Both the position numbers and the translations under genes were made by a program. A stretch of 27,516 nucleotides of DNA. Source: a virus (Duplodnaviria > Caudoviricetes). Below the pieces are notes generated by a model. It saw only the letters and a program-made list of their open reading frames with translations, was not told where the DNA came from and did no database searches. How positions within the stretch are numbered: position 1 is the first letter of the stretch; each line of letters begins with the position of its first letter. The stretch lies in IMG/VR virus record IMGVR_UViG_3300025296_000096, positions 1 through 27,516 of that record. One strand, given 5' to 3'. Shown piece after piece: positions 15,320-24,180 of the stretch.

Positions 15320-17479
15320 CTATGAGTGGCTGACAGGTTGGTACTGCTTCGCCACGGTCTTCTTGATCGTCATGCTGATTTCCTCTTCGGAGAGAGGGTC
15401 GCTCAGCTTCTTGTTGAAGTCGTCAATCTTCTGATTGACATCGGGTAATGAGAAGCCGCTATCGACCAGAGCCAAGGCAAACCGGATCATGCTGTTGTTA
15501 CGGTTGCCAGTGACCATTTGCTGCGCGAACCAACGCTCCAGATTATCAAGGCTCTGGAGTTCCTTGGTCTGGTTCTGATAGCTTTCGTTGCGGCTGGTCT
15601 TGGGGATGAACGGTAGAATGTCGATCAAATCACCTTCGAGATTATAGTGGTAGGATCCACCATCGAAGGTTTCCCATTTCTTGGCTCTTTGGTTTGAACT
15701 CGGATCGGTATCGAAAGGGAGCCAAGCCAGAAAAGCATTCATGAATGCCTTGTACTCTTCTGAATCGAGCTTCAGCGTGTAGTTCATCGGAAAGATCATC
15801 CGAAAACGATTTTCTGCATCGGTATGCCGCTTGGTCGTATAGGTCATGAACTTGTATTCTTTCATCAGTTCATGAGCAGCAGCCAATGAGATTGTACCAT
15901 CGACATCGATGACAATCATGTTGAAAGGCTTCTGGGCATTCTCTTCCGAACGGTGTTCGTTGTCGAAATGATGATTCGCCCAGTGATGACCGGCAAGCTG
16001 GGTGAGCACATGAAGATGATCGAACGGAGCCAGTTCGGGCGTATAATTATAAGCCCAATGGTCCGAGTAGGACAGGATCAGGCCATTCAGATCGGTCTCT
16101 TCAATGGTCTCGCCTTCGTAGATCTCGATGCCATCGACGAAGCTCTTCTTGATAATGATATGATTCTTGTAACCCCAAGCGGTTGCAAGGCTCATCATCT
16201 CGTTTCGGGCCGATACTCCGGGCTTATAGAACGGAAGTGCTTCGAGAAGATCAGCATGGGTCTGTTCGGATTTGACCGCTGCCATATATTTGGCGAGCTT
16301 GACGTAGGGCTTTTCCCGATTGAGGATCTTTTGGAATGCTGTGCCTGATTCCTCGACCAGCAAGATAGCCGACATGAGATGATCCATCTCGACTTCAGGT
16401 GACTTGTCCACGAAGGCCAGAGCACCTGAAAGCTTGAGCACCTTGAAATAACGGTGCATCAGTTCAGCCTTCTTGATTTCCTCGTGATCAGCCAGCTTGA
16501 TCGCTGCCTTCTCGCATTCGATCTTATAGGTGAGAAGCTGGATTCCCACCTCGTCTTCCATGTCCATCTTCCATTTGAACATGGCAGGATCAGCCAGATC
16601 GTGGAAACGCATCGCCCATGTGTTGATGGCCGTCACATTGTCCTGCTTGATCAGGTCAGCCCAGATCTGCTCAGGCGTCATGTTCTCGAAGGCATTATGT
16701 TGATGCTGACCATAGCCGAACAGGCAACGACGAGCGTAGCCGGTTTCGAGCATGGAATAGAAAGCATCTTCCGTGCTGGATCCATCGAGAAGCTTACTCG
16801 GAGTTCCGAACAGCATCATGTTGGTCGGAGTCTTACCATCGTAGTCTTCACCACGCTGGTTATCCTGCGTATTTTTGACCAGTTTCTGCTTGGTCATGCC
16901 CTGATCGAACAATTCAAGGTAGAGCGTCAGGATCTCGGTCGAGTTAACCAGATTGGAACCAATCTCATCGATCTGAAGATTGACGGCACCGACATCGGCC
17001 ATGAGTAGCTTCTGACGTAGCTGCTTGATGGCTGGCACTGTGCCACTGTCGAAGGTGAATGGATACGGTCCCTGCTTCTGAAATTCACGGACGACCCGAT
17101 CATATTCTTCCTGTTGGCTCTTACCGGAACGGATGGCCCAGTCGTTGGCAATGTCCCAAAGCTTCTTATCTGCCAGCAGTTCAAAGCTGTGTTCCATGAA
17201 ACGACGCTTGAATGCTCCGAGGAATTCGTTTTCGAGCAGGAAGACCGAATGGCCCTTACCGAAGCCTGACGTTGCAAGGTTCATCACATAAAGGTTAACG
17301 GGCACTTCGCCTCGATCTTTGGTGATGACACTGGCACGCATCGTAGCTGCCATCTTCGCAAGGAAGTAGGCAGTGGCTGTACGGAAAAATCCACGGTCAG
17401 TGTTCTGGGTCTTGTTGCAGAGAACGGTGACGATCTCTTCGATGGCTGGATGGTGCTTTACCCCTGTGAGGTCAATCAT
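15320..17479 (-). CDS. DNA primase (N4 gp43-like), 719 aa
   Basis: The N-terminal P-loop-like domain has ATSGFGKG and QIDEIG. The C-terminal AEP-type domain has IVIDVD, YTTKRH and RFR, followed by a PriCT-like 'GNRNN'. I moved the start to ATG 17479, which has a GAAGGA RBS and an ATGA overlap with the upstream stop. Confidence 0.88.
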   Translation of the reverse strand: MIDLTGVKHHPAIEEIVTVLCNKTQNTDRGFFRTATAYFLAKMAATMRASVITKDRGEVPVNLYVMNLATSGFGKGHSVFLLENEFLGAFKRRFMEHSFELLADKKLWDIANDWAIRSGKSQQEEYDRVVREFQKQGPYPFTFDSGTVPAIKQLRQKLLMADVGAVNLQIDEIGSNLVNSTEILTLYLELFDQGMTKQKLVKNTQDNQRGEDYDGKTPTNMMLFGTPSKLLDGSSTEDAFYSMLETGYARRCLFGYGQHQHNAFENMTPEQIWADLIKQDNVTAINTWAMRFHDLADPAMFKWKMDMEDEVGIQLLTYKIECEKAAIKLADHEEIKKAELMHRYFKVLKLSGALAFVDKSPEVEMDHLMSAILLVEESGTAFQKILNREKPYVKLAKYMAAVKSEQTHADLLEALPFYKPGVSARNEMMSLATAWGYKNHIIIKKSFVDGIEIYEGETIEETDLNGLILSYSDHWAYNYTPELAPFDHLHVLTQLAGHHWANHHFDNEHRSEENAQKPFNMIVIDVDGTISLAAAHELMKEYKFMTYTTKRHTDAENRFRMIFPMNYTLKLDSEEYKAFMNAFLAWLPFDTDPSSNQRAKKWETFDGGSYHYNLEGDLIDILPFIPKTSRNESYQNQTKELQSLDNLERWFAQQMVTGNRNNSMIRFALALVDSGFSLPDVNQKIDDFNKKLSDPLSEEEISMTIKKTVAKQYQPVSHS

Positions 17480-18471
17480 AGATAGCGATCCTTCTGGGTG
17501 CAGAGATCGAAGCCATCGCAATATCCGCAGCGTTTCACTTCGCCGGGAATAGTGACGACGATGCCTTTGCCCTTTTCAGTCTTGAATTGATTTGCTTCGT
17601 GAAGCGTGTCGAAATTCTTGGTCGAACGCGCACCGGGAATTTTTGCTTTTTCCGGATCAGCAAAATATTTGAATTGCGGAGCCGAACGCCAAAGTTCCTC
17701 ATCGGTGCATTCCGGAAGCTTGGGCTCTTCCGTTTTCCAATGGGTATAAACCTCATGGATCTTATGTTCGATGAACTGCTCTGTCTCCTTGAGGGAAAGC
17801 AGCTTGAGCGTCTTGGTCTCAACACGCTTCTGCGGATAGGCAGGATTAGAGCGAGCTTGGCTTTTCTGCCAATCAGTGAAAACGTAGTTCACCTGACAGA
17901 AATCCTCATGGATCTTTTGCAAAGGCTGCGTTGCATCGATCCAACGATACATGCTCATCTGAAGGATATGCTCGTCGTCTCTGGTTCCCTTGGCCCAAGC
18001 CCATGCGCTTGTGCTCTTGGTATCCTGTGGAATACCATCGGCAACCATGTCGAACTTGCCACCGACGCGCTTTACCCCGAAATGGGTATCGATCTCACGA
18101 TGGGCGCGTTGCTCGATATAGACAGGGATAAGAGAGTCGTCTGAGCGAATCAGATCATCATCAGGATTGATGACGATCTTCTCGATTAGATTATCCTTAT
18201 AACCAAGCATTCGAAGCTTGGTCGCCAGATTATTTTTCCATGCATACTCGATTGAATTGTGAATCGAGTTACCAAGAGCACGGGCGATATAATCTTCGAC
18301 ATCGCTAGTCCGTTCTTCAAATGGGATACGTCCCGGTAGAACGATCTGTCGAAGGGGTCGCATCAAACGAGTGACGGAGATATAATCCGGATCGTTGATA
18401 TAGTCGTAATCGTCATGCAGCAACCAGACTGCCAGTGGTAAGGATATCCCACTGTTGTTCGTGATCTTCAC
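17476..18471 (-). CDS. PD-(D/E)XK-family nuclease (N4 gp42-like)
   Basis: Motifs 'GNSIH', 'EQR', 'GKFD...DTKST' and 'LQMSMYRW', plus a C-terminal Cys cluster 'RCGYC...C'. GTG start with AGGAG RBS. Confidence 0.82.
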   Translation of the reverse strand: MKITNNSGISLPLAVWLLHDDYDYINDPDYISVTRLMRPLRQIVLPGRIPFEERTSDVEDYIARALGNSIHNSIEYAWKNNLATKLRMLGYKDNLIEKIVINPDDDLIRSDDSLIPVYIEQRAHREIDTHFGVKRVGGKFDMVADGIPQDTKSTSAWAWAKGTRDDEHILQMSMYRWIDATQPLQKIHEDFCQVNYVFTDWQKSQARSNPAYPQKRVETKTLKLLSLKETEQFIEHKIHEVYTHWKTEEPKLPECTDEELWRSAPQFKYFADPEKAKIPGARSTKNFDTLHEANQFKTEKGKGIVVTIPGEVKRCGYCDGFDLCTQKDRYL

Positions 18472-18519
18472 GAAGAATCTCCTAGATTTCTATAAGGGAC
18501 TTGAATAGGGAGAGCCGGG

Positions 18520-18571
18520 AAAAATACCTCGATTCCGTCACCTGTGAAAGTTTGGGAACCGAGGTATCTTT
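18520..18571 (-). terminator. Terminator-like hairpin
   Basis: The - strand reads AAAGATACCTCGGTTCC-18nt-GGAATCGAGGTATTTTT. The imperfect positions are G:U pairs only on the - strand, and a U-run follows. Confidence 0.6.
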
Positions 18572-18576
18572 AGAAT

Positions 18577-18721
18577 GTTAAGCGAAGAATGCCGGTCGGA
18601 TTTGGAATGCCAACTGGCCTTGTCCAGACTGAGTGGGTGATCCTTCGTAACCTACGGCCTGTTTCCTTTGGTAGAGGTGGTCGTAGGCATAACTAGGATA
18701 CTCTCTCAGTTCACGCTTAAC
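18577..18721 (+). ncRNA. Candidate ~145-nt structured RNA (three-way junction with a long arm), family unknown
   Basis: Four nested helices in a long arm, plus a closing 8-bp stem and a side hairpin, read by eye. Most non-Watson-Crick positions are G:U on the + strand. Confidence 0.35.
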
Positions 18722-18736
18722 TGTTTCTGTTTGCAT
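18578..18736 (-). CDS. Putative 52-aa protein (not in ORF track)
   Basis: ATG 18736 to TAA 18578 gives MQTETVKRELREYPSYAYDHLYQRKQAVGYEGSPTQSGQGQLAFQIRPAFFA. AAGGAGAAAGG lies upstream, and the ORF fills an otherwise empty gap and ends just before a terminator-like hairpin. Confidence 0.45.
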   Translation of the reverse strand: MQTETVKRELREYPSYAYDHLYQRKQAVGYEGSPTQSGQGQLAFQIRPAFFA

Positions 18737-18801
18737 GGTATGTTAGCCTTTCTCCTTAGTGACTCCTCCCATGAAACACCTCAATGCCTTGATTTGAACA
18801 G

Positions 18802-19137
18802 TTAGTTCGTTTTCTCAAATGGATTGTCGATGCTGGGATTGCCCGACTGCATCGCACCGGAAGGCTTGGCAAATTCCTCCGGTGACATCAGACCGCAATA
18901 GACGAAATTCATAAGGAATACGTCGAAGACTTCCAGCTTGGTATCATTTGCTTCCTTAAAGAAGCGAAGCTGGAGAGCCTGCTGTGCCTTGCCCATCAAG
19001 GTCGCATCAATCTGCTTCTTGGTGGAATCAACGACACAATTGAGATCCAGACTTACCCTGCCGTCCTGACCATCTGGAACAGATGAGTCGTTTGCGTAAA
19101 TTCGACCGGCAACAAGGTAATAATGCATTTTTGCCAC
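18802..19137 (-). CDS. Hypothetical protein, 111 aa
   Basis: GTG start with AGGAG RBS, co-oriented, and located downstream of the DNA polymerase where N4-like phages carry small genes. Confidence 0.75.
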   Translation of the reverse strand: MAKMHYYLVAGRIYANDSSVPDGQDGRVSLDLNCVVDSTKKQIDATLMGKAQQALQLRFFKEANDTKLEVFDVFLMNFVYCGLMSPEEFAKPSGAMQSGNPSIDNPFEKTN

Positions 19138-19295
19138 GGGTTTCTCCTGCTGGTGTTATGCCCTCGGTGCCTGTGATCAGGCAAGCATGGTCCCCCGAGG
19201 GCAGATAGGAATATCAAAACGGGACATGATAATCCAGTAAGGATCATTGTTATAAACAGCTTACCCTGAAAATTTTATGCAGCTTTCTTCATCGC

Positions 19296-21902
19296 TTATA
19301 ACGATTCCTGAAAGGCAATCTGGATTTCGTTGCAATTAGCTCCATTCGGAATGCTGTGCTCTTCCGCCCATGAAGGATAATAGATCGCCAATTCGCCTCC
19401 CAGCTTGACCAGAGGATGCTGAATATCAGGATGCTCCTGCCATTCGACTTCCTTGACGAGATACTGGTTGGTATATTCGAGCAGTTCCAGATCATCGCGG
19501 ATAAGGTAGTACTGAGCGTCGTGGATCTGAGAGGAAGGGCGAATGTCGTACCGATAATCGCTTGTCCTCACGCGCTTCATAAAGGCGCTGGCAGCGCGTG
19601 AATTGAGCAAGCACCAACTCTGTCCCAGAGCGTTCCCAGCGGTGCGTCCTTCGGCCTCTGCGGCTGGTGGTGTCTTGCTGTTGCCACGGATAACCTGAGC
19701 GAGCAAAGGCGTTCTCAGACGTAGCCCAAAGGCTGCGGTAATGTAGCCCGAGGAAGTCGCCTGCTTCAGCTTCGCATTTACCCAGTCGTCCGATACCTGA
19801 TAAAGTTCGTGGTACTTCTTTTCGATCTCCATGGCTTCTTCGGTTGTGAAACCATATTTCTTGACTAGCGCGTGATAAGTACCCTGATAGGTCAGGGTGA
19901 AGGTCGGGTTCTTGGAGCGATCTCTCAATGGCTTGTATTTCTTTGCTATTGAGTTGATCGAGGCTACTGAATTCGGATCTACTCCACTCATCAAGTGCCC
20001 AAAGTAGCTGTAAGCTCGAAGCGAATGACCGTCGTACCCGTCCGTATAAACCTTGAGTTTGTTCGGATCCTTTGTAGTCAGTGCTGAGATACGATCTTCC
20101 AACGAGTTGAAGTCGATTCCAACAAAAAGCCAACCGGGAGGTGCCTTGAAGCAGCCTTTGATAAGCTTGGCGTATTTTGCGTTGAGGGGCTTTCCTTTGC
20201 CAGTGGACGGCAAGTTCTGAAGGTTGGGGTCGGAAGATGAAAGTCTCCCCGATAAAGTACCCCCAAGATTGAAGTTCCCGAACAGATAATGCCATCCGTC
20301 TTTTCCTTTGAAAGCTCCTTCAAGGGCTGGAATAAAACTGCTGGTGATCTTCGATACGACTTTGAGAACTTTGAAGTTTTCAAGTAGTTCGATAATATCA
20401 GAATTATCTGTATGGTTCACGAGAGCTTCAATAGTCTCACCATCAGTCGATGGTTGATTACCATTGGTATAATTAAGAATCGGAAGCTTGAGCCAAGTGA
20501 ACAAAAGATCCTGCAATTGGGGTCCGGAATTCGGATTGAATTCCTGACAGGCTTCAGCCGGAGTAATGGATTTCTTCTTCCATTTGGCATTCATCTTTTT
20601 GGCATATTGCACATCAAGATAATGCTTGGTGAAATCGACCACTATCGGATTGTTCAGAATGTCGTGAACGAGTAGATCCTGCTCTCCTTCCAACTGGATC
20701 TTGACCTGTTGGACCTCTTCCATATCGACGGGCATACCCGTCAATTGCATCTGAATAATATCCAGCATGGCAGGCTTGAAAATCGTTTCATAGATCTCCT
20801 GCTGTTCGTCAGCCACCATGATTGGATAGTTCTTTTCCAAGGTGAACCAAGTGGAAAGACCATCGACCAGATTATATTCGAGCAACTCGGGAAGCGGGAT
20901 ACGGGTAATATCCTTGATCTCTTCCTGTGCATAGTTGCCCGCAAATTCCTGTGCCTGCGTCTTGAGACTGAGATCGTTACCGGCACAAGTGTTGGTCGCC
21001 AGATAGGTGATCAGCTTGGTGCAATCCCAGTCTCGTAGCATGATATCCATGCCTTTAAGGAGACCCTTGGTATCAAGGATATCATTCATGAAAAGCTGGT
21101 AGATCAGGATGTAAACGTCATAGCTGATCGAGTGATAATATGCTGTTTGCAGGAAGCGCCTGAAAAATCGCCGTAGCAATCGACGAACCGGCTTGTTGGT
21201 AACCTGTCGTCCGAACGGAGCCGAAGTGGCTCCCGGAATGGGAACATAGTCCACCGGGAAAGCGATGCCGTTATGCTTATCCCAGCAGAAGGTAATAGTG
21301 CCTATTCCGGCTGTAGGATGCTTTAGAGAGAACGCTTCGATATCGATGGACAGAGGTACGTTCATTTCGAGAAGGCGCTCTAAAGCCTTCTCAATGTCTT
21401 TGGTAGTTTGTGGATATTCGGCAGAGTGAATGATACTCTTGCCGGGATCCTTGTAGGTGCCTTCGACATGCTCGCGAAAGGCGGTCATGCTTTGGTTGAT
21501 CTTGGATCGAATGGTATCGGGATCATAAAAGATGGTCCGATAATTCGGGACATAAATGACCTTCTGAACACCGAAGGCACACTTCATCACATAGCCAAGA
21601 TTTGCATCTGCCTTATTTTGGCCAGTGAGAAGCTTGAAATATTCTGCATCGCCAACGAGAAGATATTCACAATTCATTTCTTCGATAACGGGAAGAAGCT
21701 CTTCCATCACATAATCACGCATTTCACTACGTGGAGTTTTCTTTTTGGTGGGATGTTGATGCAGAGAGAGCACCAGAACATTCTCGCGATTTACGCCAAA
21801 AGGATCGAGATATTCCTTGAGAATGTCAGAGGTTCGAATGTCAGATACGAGAACAGCAATAGGATAATTTGAAAGATTAGGGGTGTATTGATGGTATCGC
21901 AT
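19296..21902 (-). CDS. Family A DNA polymerase (N4 gp39-like) with 3'-5' exonuclease
   Basis: ExoI 'SIDIEA', ExoII 'HSISYD' and ExoIII 'YNLVD'. Also 'SGRLSSSDPNLQNLP', motif A 'DFNSLEDR', motif B 'RDRSKNPTFTLTYQG' and motif C 'QIHDA'. Confidence 0.96.
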   Translation of the reverse strand: MRYHQYTPNLSNYPIAVLVSDIRTSDILKEYLDPFGVNRENVLVLSLHQHPTKKKTPRSEMRDYVMEELLPVIEEMNCEYLLVGDAEYFKLLTGQNKADANLGYVMKCAFGVQKVIYVPNYRTIFYDPDTIRSKINQSMTAFREHVEGTYKDPGKSIIHSAEYPQTTKDIEKALERLLEMNVPLSIDIEAFSLKHPTAGIGTITFCWDKHNGIAFPVDYVPIPGATSAPFGRQVTNKPVRRLLRRFFRRFLQTAYYHSISYDVYILIYQLFMNDILDTKGLLKGMDIMLRDWDCTKLITYLATNTCAGNDLSLKTQAQEFAGNYAQEEIKDITRIPLPELLEYNLVDGLSTWFTLEKNYPIMVADEQQEIYETIFKPAMLDIIQMQLTGMPVDMEEVQQVKIQLEGEQDLLVHDILNNPIVVDFTKHYLDVQYAKKMNAKWKKKSITPAEACQEFNPNSGPQLQDLLFTWLKLPILNYTNGNQPSTDGETIEALVNHTDNSDIIELLENFKVLKVVSKITSSFIPALEGAFKGKDGWHYLFGNFNLGGTLSGRLSSSDPNLQNLPSTGKGKPLNAKYAKLIKGCFKAPPGWLFVGIDFNSLEDRISALTTKDPNKLKVYTDGYDGHSLRAYSYFGHLMSGVDPNSVASINSIAKKYKPLRDRSKNPTFTLTYQGTYHALVKKYGFTTEEAMEIEKKYHELYQVSDDWVNAKLKQATSSGYITAAFGLRLRTPLLAQVIRGNSKTPPAAEAEGRTAGNALGQSWCLLNSRAASAFMKRVRTSDYRYDIRPSSQIHDAQYYLIRDDLELLEYTNQYLVKEVEWQEHPDIQHPLVKLGGELAIYYPSWAEEHSIPNGANCNEIQIAFQESL

Positions 21903-22387
21903 CAGAATATTAAGTGTGTAGCCATATAGACATCTATGGTCACACTTACCTTTCCATAGGCTTTGAGAGCACGAGGGGTCAGAACAGCTTCCATTGGTTC
22001 TGTGCGGGGCAGTTTCTGCACCACTGGAACCAAGGCAGCAAGACTATCCGGAAGACAATTCCTGATCTGATCGAAGCTGGTACATTCTCCGATCATGGTC
22101 TGAAGAGCTTGGCAGATCTTACGGGTTTCCCGCTCGATACGTTCATTCGCTTTATAGATCAATCCAGCCCTGTCATAAAGATCTGGATGGAGCGAAATGA
22201 ACTGGGGCTTGCCCAAACCAAGATCACTTTTTTTGAAGTAATCTCCCATATACACAAAACCGTCTGACGGTTGGTGATTGATACGGCAGTTTTCTTCAAT
22301 AATTTTATCGGTTAAATTCTTAACACGATTGGTTTCAGACTTGATCAGATAGCTCCGGAGATCTTCAATGATACGATAAGTATCCAT
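21902..22387 (-). CDS. Conserved hypothetical protein between helicase and DNA polymerase (possibly Nmad5-like)
   Basis: Strong AAGGAGGA RBS and a TGATG overlap with the polymerase start. The 'CTSFDQIRNCLPD' pattern resembles N4-like proteins at this position; the family call is tentative. Confidence 0.75.
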   Translation of the reverse strand: MDTYRIIEDLRSYLIKSETNRVKNLTDKIIEENCRINHQPSDGFVYMGDYFKKSDLGLGKPQFISLHPDLYDRAGLIYKANERIERETRKICQALQTMIGECTSFDQIRNCLPDSLAALVPVVQKLPRTEPMEAVLTPRALKAYGKVSVTIDVYMATHLIF

Positions 22388-22397
22388 GAAATCCTCC

Positions 22398-23711
22398 TTA
22401 TTTTATGATGCTTCCATATTTGGAAGCCAGCGAGCCAAAGAAATAGACTCTTTCCTTGGCTCGGGATACGCCAACGTAAAGCATACGGGCGACCATATCG
22501 CTGATATTACACGAACTCAGATTACCGAGATCGATGAATACCGATTTGTAGGTACTGCCTTGTGCCTTGTGAAAAGTGGCTGCGTCACGCTGACGAAAAT
22601 CTGCGAAGGTTTCTTTCAATTGGAACAGAGTGGACCAATCTTTCTTCTTGCCATACCACTTCATGAGATCCTGATAGTGATTCCAATCGACAGGCACACG
22701 AACATCATCGGTCGTATAACCGAGACCTGTTCGGATGCTGCACCGACGAATGGTAATATCGGCTCCATAGGGAAGCTTGATCAATTCACGTTCACCGATT
22801 TCGAGAAGTTCAACGTCTTCTTCGACGGGAATGATACCGGAATTGCTGTGATATGCTCCATTGTTGACGAGCAATTCGCCTATCTGGAATTCATCAGGAA
22901 GCTTTCGAAGTAGACGGATATGATCGTTGATCGCCTGTACACGCTGATTTGTGAAAGCGAGAACACGGCTATCCATGGTCTGATTTGAAAAGACCTGCTC
23001 AAGCTCGGTAGCCATCTGCTCATCGCTAAGATGATCGATCACACCGGGAACCATCTGAATGGGTAGGAACTCACCAGTCTCGACAGTATGTCGAACCTGA
23101 TTACAGAGATTGATCAAGGCTGGCTGTCCAGCATTTCGCATTGGTTCCGTGAGATGTGCCCATTTGATGCTCTGGTCTCGATAGATAGGAGAGACACGTT
23201 CACCGACAGGTTGAAGCTGACAGTGATCGCCTACATAAATAATTTTACAATTGGGAGTGAGAGCAAGGATCTCATTACGCAGATTGGTATCTGTCATGAA
23301 GGCCTCATCAATAAAGATGATCTTGCCATGCAGTGGAACACAGTTGTTCTTACGAACGAGCTTGGTTTTTCCTGTGCCATAATCATTCTTGACTGTGAGA
23401 CCCAAGAGAGAATGAATAGTGGATGCAGGACGACCGATATGATGTGCCAGAACTGAAGTTGCCTTGTTAGTCAAGGCTGACATATTGACTTCTTCATATT
23501 TCGGATCGATGCCCATAATAGCACAAGTTTCAAGATACCGAGGCATGGTCTGGTCGATCAATGCACGCATCAGATAGGTCTTACCGACACCACCGGGACC
23601 GGAGATCCCCATCTCCTTTTCGGGTGCAAAGAGGAATTTGAAAAATACCTCCTCGGCATTCTGCTGCCCTGCATTCAGGTTAAAGATGTTGGTGGTGTCG
23701 GTCTGGGTCAC
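22398..23711 (-). CDS. Superfamily 1 DNA helicase (Dda/RecD-like; N4 gp37-like)
   Basis: Motifs GPGGVGKT, TIHS, IDEA, GDHCQLQPV, TFHKAQGSTY and LYVGVSRA. Confidence 0.93.
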   Translation of the reverse strand: MTQTDTTNIFNLNAGQQNAEEVFFKFLFAPEKEMGISGPGGVGKTYLMRALIDQTMPRYLETCAIMGIDPKYEEVNMSALTNKATSVLAHHIGRPASTIHSLLGLTVKNDYGTGKTKLVRKNNCVPLHGKIIFIDEAFMTDTNLRNEILALTPNCKIIYVGDHCQLQPVGERVSPIYRDQSIKWAHLTEPMRNAGQPALINLCNQVRHTVETGEFLPIQMVPGVIDHLSDEQMATELEQVFSNQTMDSRVLAFTNQRVQAINDHIRLLRKLPDEFQIGELLVNNGAYHSNSGIIPVEEDVELLEIGERELIKLPYGADITIRRCSIRTGLGYTTDDVRVPVDWNHYQDLMKWYGKKKDWSTLFQLKETFADFRQRDAATFHKAQGSTYKSVFIDLGNLSSCNISDMVARMLYVGVSRAKERVYFFGSLASKYGSIIK

Positions 23712-23727
23712 GGGTTAAGTCTTTCTG

Positions 23728-24180
23728 TTAAACGAATTGCTGCAATCGGGCCTTGAAATAATTCGGCCCCTTCATGATTTTGCCTTGAGCGTTGAGAATC
23801 GGATTTCCATTTTCATCGAACTTTGAGTGATTCGATGCATCGACTTCTGCGAGAGCAGCTACGATTGGGAAACCGGCATAAACGCCTACGCCAGTCGCAG
23901 TGACGATCTGATCGCAAAGACTGTCGAGGAAATCTTGTTTGTGCGATGTGTGCACGAAAGCCGTATTGGTGTTCTTCAATTCTTCAGCCAAGGCATGAAG
24001 GGATCGACGAGCAGTGTTGATGATATCCGTCATCTGGGGAGTGGTGCCAGAGAGGGTGTCCAGCATCTCAACGACTTCCTCGCAATGGACACCCATCTGC
24101 GTGGTGAGATCGTTGGTAGTGGGTTCGGGCTTTGCCTTTTTGAACCATTGAGCAATTGAAGCAATGATCTGAGAAGTCAT
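23728..24180 (-). CDS. MazG-like / all-alpha NTP pyrophosphohydrolase, 150 aa
   Basis: Motifs 'EEVVEMLD', 'LDSLCDQIVTATG' and 'EVDASNHSKF...GKIMKGPNY'. I moved the start to ATG 24180, which has an ATGA overlap with the upstream gene and an AAGGA RBS. Confidence 0.88.
   Translation of the reverse strand: MTSQIIASIAQWFKKAKPEPTTNDLTTQMGVHCEEVVEMLDTLSGTTPQMTDIINTARRSLHALAEELKNTNTAFVHTSHKQDFLDSLCDQIVTATGVGVYAGFPIVAALAEVDASNHSKFDENGNPILNAQGKIMKGPNYFKARLQQFV

Noticed and set aside
17480-17521. Listed upstream start for the primase
   Set aside because: It overlaps the nuclease gene. ATG 17479 has an RBS and an ATGA coupling.
12700-18720. Hammerhead ribozyme cores suggested by GATGAG (12710, 12768) and CTGAG (18629)
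   Set aside because: The complete CUGAnGA...GAAA core is not present in either element.
19053-19247. 64-aa - strand ORF after the DNA polymerase
   Set aside because: It has no clear RBS, overlaps the better-supported 111-aa gene, and runs through a hairpin.
18743-19298. Genome-wide TAA reassignment suggested by two in-frame TAA interruptions
   Set aside because: TAA is the normal stop of vRNAP, helicase, rIIB and others, and no conserved domain is interrupted.
19492-20295. 267-aa same-strand alternate-frame ORF in the polymerase, considered as an intron-encoded or frameshift product
   Set aside because: The polymerase frame is continuous with all motifs, and there are no homing-endonuclease motifs.
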